From Chiloscyllium plagiosum (taxonomy: Eukaryota), in contig NC_057758.1 in the NCBI RefSeq assembly GCF_004010195.1, positions 4,828,043-4,892,042 of the forward strand: a DNA stretch of 64,000 nt, in the 5' to 3' direction. The position numbers and the translations under genes were made by a program. Shown here one piece after another: positions 1 through 13,269 of the stretch (within the stretch, counting starts at the first letter, position 1; every line of letters starts with the position of its first letter). The notes below the pieces were generated by a model, which saw nothing but the letters and a program-made list of their open reading frames with translations, was not told where the DNA came from and did no database searches.

Positions 1-272
1 GGGTCGTGGCTGTGTCCACTGGTTTTGGTCATATATGCAAATGATCTGAGTGTGAATCTAGGAGGAATGGTTAGTAAGTTTGCAGATGACAACACGTTTA
101 GAGGTGTAGTGAGGTGAAGACGGTTACCTCCGAGTACAAAGGGATCTTGATGATGTACACAAATGGGCTGAGGGGTTTAATGTGTACAAGTGTGATGTGC
201 TGCATTTTGGAAAGGTAAATCTGGGCTGGACTCATACATTTAATGATAAGATCCTGGCGAGTATTGCTGAAC
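1..272 (+). mobile_element. Decayed CR1 LINE fragment (RT C-terminal region)
   Basis: Translates to ..SKFADD.. and KCDVLHFGKVN, typical of CR1 ORF2; similar to the better preserved copy at 48616-50323. Confidence 0.8.
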
Positions 273-1533
273 AAAGACGTGATACAAAGCTGCGAAAAAA
301 GAACCCTGTCCCAAATGGAACACCACGTGGGACACCACAGGAAGTAAGCATCAGCCGGATACACACCATGTCATTGCTTCTGAACTTCACAATGCCAACA
401 CTCGATACACTGGGGAAACTAAAATCAAGAACAGGGAAAGATACAGAGGGACAGAAGAGGTCACGTTCAACATAGAAGCAGGCAATCCATTAACTGAGAA
501 AATGTTGTAAGAATATGGGAAAAAAAGACAAGGGAGTGAGATTGACTGGAGATGTGAGACGTTCGAGTCTCCAAATCTCAAGAATGAGAAGATTGAGCAA
601 AGGCATTGTCAGATCAGCTGAAATGATTCGTGACATCAAGTTCTAAATCTGATCCACAGAACCCAACCTGGAAATGATAAATTGGGGCGAGATAAGGCGC
701 AGCATGGAGAACTGTGCAGACTGCTACTGCATCGATCAATCAACTGAACTATCTCGCCAGGATAGAGAGCATTGCAAACCTTTGCCAGTATTATGCTACT
801 TTCATTGTATGATAGCACTGTCTAGCACGGAGAATTTTGTAGCCCAGACTGTGACTGACACTAAATGGGTCTCTGACAGTTAGTTAGTTAGGTAGGGGAT
901 TGGTACGGCAGTGTGTGTCCGTGCGTGTACTGTGTGTATGTGATTGTTTTAGTGTGAATAGTAGCGACTCAGGTCTGCTTCAGCAGGTTTGATGCTATGT
1001 ATGTCACTAGCGGATTATTGAGACTCTACGTAAAACATCATTAAGACTGTATTTCATAACTCAACAGTCAAATAAGAGAGCCAGTGAACTGCATTCTGGA
1101 GATGTTTGTAATTAAAGTTAGTAAAGGTCAGCGTCTGCTGTCAGGAATCACCAGTTGTGATTGGTCTGTTTCGGCCTCAGATATTGGCCAGTAGTGGGTG
1201 GAGTCAGAGGAAGAAAATGGAGATTTCAACCAGAGAAGAAGACAGTGACGTCCATGTTCCCAATATTTAAACAACCAGGCTAGTGATGCAATGAATCGTG
1301 GTTAATAGCTGAAACTGAGTAGATCACAGAATGACACACGAGGGATAGAAGCGAAGAGTAGGAGAGTGAAAGAACAAGTCACTGATGCAGTTCGTAATGG
1401 TTTACAGAGTGCGTATTTGCATTCAGAGTCTCAGCAGGAGTCAGAAAATACCAAGAGTGTAGACAAAATTAAAAGAACAGCAATACAAGTCAACATACCT
1501 TTATAGAAATAATAACTGGACAGTGAATCTTAC

Positions 1534-1853
1534 CTGGAACAACCACTGCAGTTAAGAGAATAAAGGATAATAAAAATCTTGAACAATGAGAAATACAGAT
1601 AATGACAATTGACCATAATATGTAGAAAGATACCAAACAATCCCAGGTAAAATCCTGTACATTAGTTTTCTGAGACTCTGATCCACTGTTGAAACGTGCC
1701 AATTTAATGTTCTCATATTCTGATCCATTGTAATAGCGTTACAATCCATTGTCCACAGAATCTGATACATGTCTGTGACTTGCAGTCGATTGTTCTTCGA
1801 TTCTGATCCATTGCTGGAACATTCCAGTCTATTGATCTCAGATCCTGATGCAT
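1534..1853 (-). pseudogene. gpr139-like: Frameshifted first coding exon of a GPR139-like class A GPCR (N-terminal repeats plus start of TM1)
   Basis: Minus strand reads MHQDLRSIDWNVPA MDQNRRTIDC..MYQILWTMDCNAIT MDQNMRTLNWHVST VDQ...LIVQDFYYP /fs/ LLTAVVVP, then a G|gtaaga donor (GT at 1533-1532). Frameshifts near 1780 and 1555. Homologous to the exon at 58974-59150. Family assigned from recalled similarity to the 'YYPxLAxVGVP|' exon end of shark GPR139-like genes. Confidence 0.7.
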
Positions 1854-1860
1854 TGTTGGA
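1678..1860 (-). repeat. 42-bp coding tandem repeat (14 aa), about 4.5 copies
   Basis: ctgatnca anchor at 1678, 1720, 1762, 1803 and 1845 (periods 42, 42, 41, 42). Confidence 0.8.
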
Positions 1861-2779
1861 ACATTGTAGCATATTGTTATCAGATTATGATCTCTCTTTC
1901 CTCTCTCTCTGGAGCTGCTGATCCCTGTTAGAGCTTTAGAGCTTTTCCGCACATATTCTGGGGTAACATATTGATAAGAGACCATTTTTCATTAAAAGAT
2001 GGAAATGTTCCACCAACATAATTAGAAATCATGGAGACTCACATTAATCACAGTCACGGAATGAACAGGTTCAGTTCACCTCTTCAGTACATCAGTTTTC
2101 CTTTCACAATAAGAGGGAACAATGCCTTGGTCTGAATGGAATGGATGAGTATTGTTGAGGGATGGACCATGAGACTTTCAGTCTTTTGCAATTTCCTTCC
2201 TTGTCTGTGGAGTAGTGCCAGAACACCGAAAGGGTGCGTATATCCGAGCCTACTTATAAAATGAGACAGGGAGACGGTAGCAGACCGGCTGCATAAAATG
2301 TCTGCTGGGAAAATTCTAGCGTCTATATCCCAGGAAACAAAAACAAAAACATTATTCAGATTTTGTGGATGATTCACAGAAAAAAGTGAAAGGTTTTCTG
2401 TCATTAGAATCTGTCAGGAATGTAAAGAGACTATTCAATCCCTCAATTCCATTCCACAGGAGCAGCAGGACAGCACACTTTCAATTTGGTTCTAACCAGC
2501 AGGAAGAGGACATCTATTTTCACAAACCTGGTACAAAAGAATTAGAGGCAATCATTCAACTACTCGTAACGGTGCACAGTCAAATCTGGAGGCTCATGAA
2601 CCTCCAGATTCCTGTTACCCAGGAACATGAGGAGGCGATTCATTCCCCACCAGCATGGTACACTGGGGAGAAGTAGTATTGGCTTGTTGCTGATGGAAAT
2701 ATGTGAATAATTTGCATGACTCATCATTTAATCCTGAACCACCATTTAACAAGATCATGGTTGAAATGATTGAGATTAA

Positions 2780-3775
2780 TATTGGTAGGATGTTTGTTGG
2801 ACTCGAGGCTTGTGACGAGAGGTATGCCTCAGACTTTGTGTGCTTTACCATGTCTGTTTATTATCTGTGTCAATTACTTGCATGGAATAAGTTGGACCGT
2901 GGAAAGTGAGGAAGATTATCACCAGTTATAGCAGGCCCTAGATCAGCTGAGAAAGTCGTCCGAGAAAAGGCAAATGGAGCTTCATTTCCATAAGTGTGAG
3001 GTCTTGCATTTTGGGAAGCTAAACCAAAGTAGGAGTTTCATGGCGAAAAGTAGGGATTTTGGTTTGTAGTGGGACAGAGGGACCTTTTAGTTCAGGTGCA
3101 CGGTTCTCTGAAAGAGGAGTCGCAGTTAGGCTAGGCACTTTGGCACACCGGCCTTCAAATGTTAGGGCATTTGGTATAAAAGTTAGGAAGTTATGTTGCA
3201 ATTGTACAGGAAGTTGGAGAGGCCGCACTTGGAGATTTGTGTTCGATTTTCATCACCTTGGTGGAGTAAGTATCGTACTAAACTGGCGAGAGAGCAGACG
3301 CTATTTACGAGGATGCTGCCAGGACTGAATGGTTTGTGTTATAGAGAGAGATTGCAGAAGCGAGGACATTTTCTTTAGAATTGAGGTGACTGAGGGTGTG
3401 TCTTGTAGAAGTGTGAAATAACATGAGACGCATGAATAGGATGATTGCACACAGTATTTTTTTTTGCAAGGATTTAAAAATATTGCACAAGAGGCTATAA
3501 TTATAAGTGTATAGAGGAAAGAATAAAAGGGAAAGAGATGGGTAACTTTTTCACACGGAGAGTGGTACGCATATGGAATGAGCTGCCGTCAGAAGTGCTT
3601 GAGGCGGGTACATTAACATTTAAAATACATTTGAACGAATACATGGGTAGGAAAGATCCAGAAGGATATCAAGCAAGTGCAGGGAAATGCGGTTAGCGCA
3701 ACAGGACCGTTTTGTCGGCATGGACCAGTTTGGGCCGAAGACCTTACCTCCGTGCTGTATGACTCTATGACTCTA
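2780..3775 (+). mobile_element. CR1 LINE 3' portion with tail repeat
   Basis: KCEVLHFG, MLQLYRKLERPHLE and RMLPGLNGLCYRERL motifs; ends in gactctatgactcta. Confidence 0.85.
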
Positions 3776-4899
3776 AATGGGAGTGGTTTGGGATATATAT
3801 ATAGAGAGGCGAGAACTCGACAGAAAGTGTCATGGAAGGGTGTCTTCAGAGGTTTCAGAATGCTGAAATGAAAACAGCTCGATAGCAACCTGCAATATGG
3901 ATCAGTATTTCCAGGAGTGATCGGTGAACTGATCATTGGTGTGAGTTCAGATAATGGAGAGCCTGGGATGAGCATTTGTTCTGCAGCGTTGTTACTGAGA
4001 GTGAAGGCATTCAGGTGAATCGAACATAAAATTGTCCCATGACATTTTCATTGAGTGGGACCTAGGGATCTTCTGCACCAGGCTGACCTCATTTCCTTGT
4101 GCAACCTTACTGCATTTACCTTATTGACGACCTACCCCACCCCATAGTGTCCCTTTCACTGAATGCCAGCCCAATTCATACACCTATCATGGCTGATTGT
4201 AATCGGCATCGCCAGAATGCCCCTGGCAATTCGCCCACACGTTTATAGAACATTCTGGAGGATGCCTGTTTCAGCATTTTCTAAATGATGCCAGTTATGG
4301 AATATGAGTATAATCTTCAAATTAATTCCCCGATTCATGAAAATGTCAGTCGCCCGGTGTGCAACACAGAAGGGGAAGGAAAACATTTGCATGTTTTCTT
4401 TCCAATTCCAATAAAATTAAAATCCATCACGAGCCTATTCAGCCCCTCAAACCTGCCCCAGGCTTGAATCTAAATTATGGCCTGAGCGGAATGTCACTGA
4501 CAATGTGACATTCAGACACGTTTTACATCGGTTTTATTCATGCATGTGTTCGGGAGGCATTTTCAATGAGGACGGGCTCTCCAAGCAACATCAGCGTCGT
4601 ACATTTTATATAATTGCATGCATACTTTATGCCACTAATCAAAACTATGCTGATATTTATGGTTCTCAATATCCAATCGCATTTAAAAATATAATGTTTC
4701 TTCACTTGTATCACTTTATTGTATTCAGCCAAACACAGTATCTAAAAATTTGTTTCACCATAAAATACAATTTCCATGAATAACGTTTTTATCCTCATCT
4801 GTTAGCTTGAACATTATTTGAATTGTAGATTTTTATTTGTTATCACCGTTTCTATTGCCCTTTGTCTTTGACTATTTCTCCCGATACCAGTTACATTGT

Positions 4900-5100
4900 C
4901 TGCCATTCGGATGGTCCATGCTACAGAGGGAGGCCAACCACGCAGGTTGAGTTCCCGCACTAAGAGAAGTTACCATGAAAGGCCCGCGTTCTCAACCTTA
5001 CCGCTCTCTCAAGGTATGGTGACCCTCAGGTTAAAACACCACGCGTGATCACTTTAATCACAGAGCAACCCTGTGGTCCTCTGGGATGATTGCAACTTTA
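4900..5100 (+). mobile_element. Degenerate SINE-like repeat
   Basis: ggtgaccctcaggttaaa...ggtcctctggga resembles a common shark SINE body (recalled similarity only). Confidence 0.4.
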
Positions 5101-7148
5101 CGGTGTCACTGTTCAAATTGTGAAACATTTTCTACATTACCATTCCATTTCCCATTGCATTCCTGGGTGTTCGGGTCATTCGTAGTATCATTTTACACCA
5201 CTGTCGGTATTCTCTCCCATACTGTATGTTCCTGCCCAGCACCGATAATCCCTGATAATCCTTAACCCTCTGTGTCTTGTATATTTCAGTAATGTTACTA
5301 CACATTCATTTCGATTAAAATGAATAAACGCCTTACTATTTTAAAAGTTCTTGATAAGTCAACATTTCCATCACAGGAATCAGCCAGTTACTTGCTGCAC
5401 AAGCATGATAAACGTATGTTTGAAACACAGTTAATCCATGATTGTTTTTAATGAATCTATCTGTCTGTGTTTTCAAGGTATGCAATGTCTCTCTCTTCAA
5501 TGCTCTCTGGGAAAGAGGGGTCCAAAGTCTTCCAACACTCTGAGGAAAGAAACTGAATCTCCTCAACTTTGTAATAGGTTGAAGATAATTTTTAAAAGAA
5601 AAAGTAAAAATAAATAAAACGTGCCTGCTCCTTGTACTTCCAATCGACTATGTAGGAAGGACGTGTTGTTGCAGCTGAATCCAGTCTGACTGAGAACACA
5701 TCCAGACGGCTGTGTGTGAAAAAAATTGCTTTGGGTCTCCTTCCCTGAGAAAGCATATGGTTACATTGACAGAAGTTCAGAGATAGTTCATGTCACTCAT
5801 TCCTGCGATGAAGTGGTTACATTATGAAGGCTTAAGAGGTTATCCTCGAAGCGAATGGTAATCTTATTGAATCAAACAAAGGGTTGCGGAGAGTGGATCA
5901 GTTGGATATCCGATGAGTGTTTGTATTGTCCAAACTTGTTTCCATTCAGGTTTGCACCCTTGTTCAGGAAGCTTATTTCAGGAATGAAACAATGATTCGT
6001 TGCTAAGTGAAGAAATCTGCCGGAATTATTCCTATCTCTGAACCAAATCCAGGCTGAGCCTGACATCATTGGCCATATCATCAGGCCGGCTATATTTAAA
6101 ATCTGTTGTGACTTGTGAAGGAGCGACACTGGAAAAGGAAACAGTGAAACCTCCAAATTCGGGCAGAACAAGGCTGAGGATGAATTCACAAAGTGGGAAG
6201 TTATTCAAGTGGGAAATCTTTTCACAGAAGTTTGCACAGGCTGGATCTTTAAGTTGCATCGAGGCTGACTTCAGTTGCTTTTCGATAGATCAGCGAATCA
6301 GGGATAATTGAGTTATAAAGGAGAGCGCAGTGGGGACCACAATGAGATAAGCCTTGATATATTGATTGGGGGAGTAGTAGAAAAGGGGCGAATGGATCGC
6401 TGATGATGTCCAGTCCTATGTTCTGATGTTCCATTCAGCTCCTCATAACTGTGACACAGGAGCAGATCGAGGTCTATTTGATTGTCAGATGTAGCTTGCA
6501 AAATGTTCTTCGACAGTCGAGGGTGGGTCAGTAAGTGCCCCCTCACCTCGCTTTTCCGGCTTCCACTCTCTGCAACATCACCACCAGATATTGGTAATTC
6601 TCGATTCACTGTAAATATAGCCCCCATTTTTTTACCAATGATTAGCTCGATCAAATACTCTGGTCTCCTGAATGCATCATTGCACAGCACGGCTTCCCGG
6701 AAAATATCGAGTTACTGTAATTTCCAATAATGGAACATAAAAAAAAAACAATAGTAACAGGAGTAGACCATTAGGCACCTCAGTCCTGTCCTATCATTCA
6801 AAGGCTGCATGGCTGATCTGCTTGAGGGATCAACTTCACTTTTAAGCCAAATTTTTGTATCGCTCAATTCGCCAACGGGCGAATATTATCTGTAAATACT
6901 TCCAGTGATTTAGTTTCCACAATTATCTGGATTAGGGAGTTCCAGGTACTTATTGCCTACGGGAACGCAAAACGTCTTTGAATCTCAGTTTTAAATCGAT
7001 GTCGATAATTCTGTATCAATGTCCCTGAGTTTATGACTCCGCTAAGAAATGGAAACACCTTCCTAAATTCTATCTTTTTCAAGCCCCCTTTGTATCTTGT
7101 ATGTTACATTAATGTCACTACACATTCATTTCAATTACAGTGAATACA

Positions 7149-7340
7149 CATAGAACATAGAACATTACAGCGCAGTACAGGCCCTTCGGCCCTCGATGTT
7201 GCACCACCCTGTTATACCAATCTGAAGCCCATCCCAACTACACTATTCCATGTGCGTCCATTTGCCTGTCCAATGACGACTTAAACGCACTTAAACTTGG
7301 CGAATTTACTACCGTTGCAGGCAAAGCATTCCATACCCAT
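7149..7340 (-). mobile_element. CR1-type 3' tail fragment inserted into an older repeat
   Basis: catagaacatagaacat tail followed by acaggcccttcggccc; the flanks rejoin to match 5290-5430. Confidence 0.75.
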
Positions 7341-7499
7341 TTTAAAAGTACCATTTTAAAAGTTATTGATAAGTCAACATTTCCATCCCAGGGATCAGCC
7401 AGTTACTTGTTGCACAAGCATGATAAACCTAAGTTTGAAACACTGTCACTCCACAATCCCATTGTACTGCACTTTGCTGAACTTATTTTTGATTCCTCT

Positions 7500-9065
7500 C
7501 CATTTTAAGAACTCATGTGTGGGTCTTGCACGTCGCTGGTTGGCCAGTATTGATATTCCAACCCTATTTGACCTTGAGAAGGTGGTGTTGAGTTGCCTAC
7601 TTTTATCGCTGCAGTCCACTTGCTGTGGGTTGACCCAGAATGCCGGTAGGGAGGGAATTCAAGGATTTTGACACAATGACTGTGAAGAAACCGGGGTGTG
7701 GGTGGGTGGGTGTATTTCCAAGTCAGGGTAGTGAGTGGCTTGGAAGGAAACTTGCAGGTGGCAGTGTTTCCAAGTACATGTTGCCTTTAGGCTTCGAGAT
7801 GGAAGTGCTCGTGGGTTTGGAACGTATTCTCTCAGGATGTTTGATGACAGTCTCTCGTACGTCTTGTAAATAGTACGTATTGCTGCTAAGGAATGCTGGT
7901 GGCGGAGGGATTGAATATTTGTAGACGTTGTGCCAAACAAGCGGGTTGCTTTGTCCTGGATGGCGTCAGGCTTCTTGAGTATTGTTGGAGCTGCACGCAC
8001 CAGGCAAATGGGGAGCATTGCATCTCACTCCTATTTTTTGCCTTGTAGATGATGGATAGACTTTGGCATGTCAGGAGGTGAGTTACTTACCGCAGTATCC
8101 CGAGTGCCTGACCGGCTGTTGTTACCAGAGTGTTTATGGGGTGAGTCAAGTTGAGTTTCTGGTCAATGCTAACTCCAAGGATGTTGACAGTGGAGGGTTC
8201 AGTGATGATAATACAGTTGAATGTCACGTGACGTTGATGAGAGTGTCTCTCATTGGTGATTATTATTGTCTGGCATTTGTGAGGCACGAATGTTAGTTGC
8301 CACTTGTCTGCCTAAGCCTGGTTATTGTTCAGGTCTTAGTGCATTTGAGCACGGCCGGCTTCAGTATATGAGGAGTCGTGAATGGTATTGAACACTGTGC
8401 AATAATTGGCGAACATCCACACTACTGATCTCATAACAGAGGGAAGGTCGTTGATGGAAGAGCTGAAGATTGTTAGGCTGAGGACAGGAGGGACTCCTGC
8501 AGAGAATTCCAGGAGCTAAGATGACTGACCCTTCACAACTACAACCACCTTCCATTGTGCCAGGTATGAATTTAATCAGCGCAGTGTTTGCCTCCTAATC
8601 CCCATTGATTCCAGTTTTGCCAGGGATCCTTGATGCCATACTCTGTCAAATGTGACCTTGATGTCAAGGGCGGTCACTGTCACCTCATCTCTAGAATTTA
8701 AGACTTCTGTCCATATTTGAACCAAAGGTATGAAGAGATCAGGAGCTGAGTGACCCTGACAAAATGCAAACTTGGCGTCACTGATCAGGTTGTTACTGAG
8801 CCGGTGCTGCTTGATAGCACTGTTGATGACCCCTTCCATTACTTTCCTGATGATGAAGACTAGAACGATTGGGCGCTGATTGACCAGGCTGGATTTGTCC
8901 TGGTTTTGTGGACAGGAAATACATTAGCAATTTTTCACGTTGTCAGTTCGATGACAGTGTTGTTACTGCCCCCAACCAGCTTCCGGACGCATCAAGTTGT
9001 GGAGCTCACGTTTTCACTTAAATTGCCGCAGTGTTGTCAGAGCCCATTGCCTTTCCAGTATACAT
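7500..9065 (-). mobile_element. Jockey/CR1-group LINE, decayed RT region and 3' end
   Basis: MEGVINSAIKQH..FCQGHSAPDL..ALDIKVTFDRVWHQG, PHKCQ..ILGVSIDQKLN and DAIQDKATRL are non-LTR RT motifs, with stops and frameshifts. Confidence 0.85.
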
Positions 9066-9959
9066 AAGTCCAGCCGTGAAATAATAGTCTGGCTTTAGAT
9101 TGTCAGACCAAAGTGCATGACCTTATACTTTTATTTGCCAAAACGTCCAAATGCCAATTAATTGCCCACTTGCTGATCTTATTTATATACCTTTTGAGAC
9201 TCCTTACATTCTTATTGCAAATTGCCCTCCCACATATCTTTGCACCACCGACAAACACACATACATTGCACTCAACCTGCACCTTCAAGGCATCAGAATA
9301 GATTGCAAATAACTGATATTATAGAACTGATATTAGTGATACTCCAGGTAATACGTCTTTTTTAAACTGATAAAGACAAATTAATCCCGAATCTTAGTCT
9401 TCCGTGTTTTAACCAATCTTCATTCCATGCTAATTTATTATCTGTCGTTTTGTGAGCTTCTGTTTTCTGTAAGGACATTTATTTTGTGGTGTTTATCGAA
9501 ATTTTCCGGAAATAACCATGAACTGTCCACAATTCCCCGTTATCAAGTCAGCATTTTATTTTATCAGTGACCACCACGAAACATTTTCATGATTGAACAG
9601 GACAAACTTCATCTGCCTTTCACAAAACCAGTATAACGCTGTGTCAAGCTTTTTCTAAATATCCTCCAATTCCAACCTCAATAACGATTTCCCGCAAATT
9701 CTAAGCAATAATTATCGAAGCTAAATGGCCGATCGGGGCCTCCTTTGTATATCGCTTCCTTCCTGAAAACAGGTGCCACAATGGACGTTGTCCAGTTTCA
9801 TTGAAACACTCCTGCGTCCTAGAGAGTGATGGAATATTTCAAACAATGCAACCAATCACTCTGTAACCACTACGTTTCACACCCTGTATCTGTTATTGAT
9901 GTGTGAGCTACCCATGCTGTTTTTTTTGTTTTCAAAACTCCTGTGCCTATTATTCCTGA

Positions 9960-12590
9960 CAGCTCAAGAACGGACAACTAGGGTTGTAATTGCAGAGGAT
10001 TCTAATTTTCATATCAACGACTGGGGCTACCAGAGCGTCAAGTACTTAGATTGGAGTAAAAATTGCTCAGTGCATTCAGGAAAGCTTCCTCAAGTCGGGA
10101 GTCCTACTGGAGAAGGGACAAAACTCGACTTACTGTTGGGAAATAGGGGACGACAGTAATTAGACAGGAGCTTGCAGGGGATGATTGAAATACTTTGTCG
10201 ACAGGAAAATTGACCTCTGGCAAGTGGGACGCCTTTAGAAAGTGAGATACCCAGAGTTTAAGTTCAATATGATTCTGTGAGGGTGAAGGGCAAGGCTGGC
10301 AGGAAAAAGGAACCCTGGATGACAAGACATATTGTGGCTTTGAACAGAAAAAAATAAATGAAAGAGTTATGTCTCAGTTATAGGCAACTGGATCAAAGGA
10401 ATCCCAGAGGGTATATAAGGAATACAGGAGTTTACTGAAGATGGAAATCAGGAGGGCGGAAAGCGGGAGTCCTACTGGAGAAGGGACAAAACTCGACTTA
10501 CTGTTGGGAAATAGGGGACGACAGTAATTAGACAGGAGCTTGCAGGGGATGATTGAAATACTTTGTCGACAGGAAAAGAGACCTCTGGCAAGTGGGACGC
10601 CTTTAGAAAGTGAGATACCCAGAGTTTAAGTTCAATATGATTCTATGAGGGTGAAGGGCAAGGCTGGCAGGAAAAAGGAACCCTGGATGACAAGAGATAT
10701 TGTGGCTTTGAACAGAAAAAAATAAATGAAAGAGTTATGTCTCCGTTATCAAAGGAATCCCAGAGGGAATATAGGGAATACAGGAGTTTACTGAAGATGG
10801 AAATCAGGAGGGCGGAAAGGGGGCGGAAGTTAGCCTTGACTGTGAATATTAGGTTGAATCTAAAGAAGTACTTTATGTATATTAAAGGAAAAATAATAAC
10901 TATCGAGAGAAAACACATCTCATGGAGCAACGTGGGTATGTATGTGTCGGAATGCAGGAGATGGCTGGGTTCGTTAAATACATTTTTCCTCTATGTTTTC
11001 TGTGGAGAAAGACATGAAAACTTGGGAAAGATAACGGTTATATTTTGGGGACCGTCCACAGTACTTTAGAAGAAACGTTGGATGCACTAGAATGTATGAA
11101 GGTGAATAAATCTTCTGGTCCTGACCAGGTATTTCCAAAAAGTCTCCAAAAGTCTAGAGAAGAAATTGCAGGGGATTTAGCTGATATTTTTGCATCAACG
11201 TTCGCCACGGGCGAGAACCCGGAAGTCTGGAGGGTAGTGAATGTTGTACATTATTTCAAGTATTGCTGCAAAGAAAAAACTGGGATCTACAGAACATAAA
11301 GCTGAGCAACTATGCTATGTTACAAGAGGTGATTCTGACGAATGATTTACATGCATGTTGGAAAGACGAGGTTTGTTTAGGAATAATCAGCAAGTCTTTG
11401 TGAGTTAGAGATCATGTCAAACAAAATTGTTAAAGTTCTTTGAAAAAGGGGCGAGAAAGCTTGACGAGGACAGGGTTGAAAATGTCTTCCAAATGGATTT
11501 CAGTAAGGTCTCTGATACGGTTCCACATGATAGGTAACTCTGGAATGTTAAATCGCATGGAATCCAGGGCAAGCAGGCAAATTGGATACAGATTAGGATT
11601 AGATGCCTGCGATCAGTGGATTGCCTCATAACTCGGTGCTGTGCCCATCGCTGTTTGAGAGCTACATCAATTATTTGGATGAGAATGTACAAGGCATGAT
11701 TGGCAAATTTGCTGATGACACTAAAATATGCGCTATTGTGGGCAGTGAGTAATGTTCTCAGAAATTGCAGCAGGACTATGAACAGCTGGGGAAGCAGGCC
11801 AAGAAATTTAAGTGGGATTTAACAAAGATGTGTGAGGTCGTGCACTTTGGAATGCCATGATGAATGCTAAGGCTTCAAGGATTGTAGTGGAGCAGAGGGA
11901 TCTCGGAGTTCATGTTCACAGTTCTCTGAAAGTGCCATCGCATGTTGGCAGAGCAGTAAAGTTTGCCACACTGGCCTTCATTAGTCAGGGCACTGAGTGC
12001 AGAAGTTCGGAAGTTATGTTGCAGTTATACAGGATATTGATAGAACTGTATCTGAAGTACTGTGTTCTGTTTTTATTTTGTCACCTTGCTATCGAAATGA
12101 TGCGACCAAACTAGAAAGAGTGCAGAGGAAATTGACAAAAACATTGCCGGGACTCAATGGTCTGAGTTACAGAGAGAGGTTGGACAAGGTAGGATCTTGT
12201 CTTTGGAGTAACTGAGACTGAGGGTAATGGTATTGACGTGTACAGGATCGTGGGAGGCCGTGATAGAGTGAATACACTTAGATGTTTTTTTCAGGGTTGT
12301 GGAATCGCGGACTCGAGGGTATCGCTTGGATGTTCGAAGGAAAATAATAAAGGGCAACCTGAGATGCAACTTTTATTATAGCCACTCGTATACATGCGGT
12401 ATGAGATACAGCAGAAGTGGTAGATATGGTATATTAAGACAAATTGAAAGGTATTAGGACAAATACATGGCTGAGAAAGATTTGGATGGATGCAGAGAAA
12501 AGGGGTTAGCGGGGAAGGACTTCATTGCCAGCACTGACCAGTTTGGGCCAAAGGGGCCTTTCTGAGTGCTGGACGATTCATTTACTGTAG
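9960..12590 (+). mobile_element. Decayed CR1 LINE (ORF2 fragments)
   Basis: KVNKSSGPDQVFP..REEIAG, MDFSK, KFADD and LERVQRKLTKTLPGL motifs. Confidence 0.85.
10096..10820 (+). repeat. 368-bp local tandem duplication, present only in copy 1
   Basis: cgggagtcctactggagaagggac at 10096 and 10464; a single unit at about 21140 in copy 2. Confidence 0.9.
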
Positions 12591-13269
12591 CATAACACCT
12601 GTGGCTTTGCTGATTATATCATTAAAATACTTAGAGGGTCTCCTCTTGCGAAGAGCAATGCAAAATACTCATTTAAATTCTCTGCCTGTTTCCAGTAACC
12701 AATTCCCCAGCACCATTCTTCACGTGTTCCACACATACGTTCCTGCCTTCCTTTAATCCAAGGATCATGCACTCAGCTCTTTTTTTTTTTCGAAACACAC
12801 AGAAAAGTTCTGCCTGTTAGCTTTTTGTTTTACATTTTTCGCCAGCTTACTTTAATAATATATTCTATTTTTTTCCCTACTTTATCCCATGTGCCTCTGC
12901 TTCCGAAAATAAACATCCGAAATCTGGTCGACATGAAAGCTTACCGATTTCTGATTGACTAGGATCCTTGACAGACTTCGTGAACTATGGGTGGTTCATC
13001 TTGGTACTGAGTTCTTTATTCTGAACAGAATCAAATATTGCTGAGCGTTACTAAATATCTGCTTAGGTGTCTGCCCCTGCACACCCATTGACATTCCCCT
13101 GCATCTATTATCACATCCCATTTTCGGCTTGATGTAAGACAAAAAGCTGCAATTTAGATGTTTGTTTATTTTGAATCATTTGCATGTGTCTGAACATTTG
13201 ATCAGCTGAGAGTATCAAAATTCATCCAGTTACTCCGTCTTTGTCCTTTTCATTCGATGATGTCATATT

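Noticed and set aside
636-818. ORF with C-x14-C-x8-CC
   Set aside because: Only four Cys, no signal exon, no splice support
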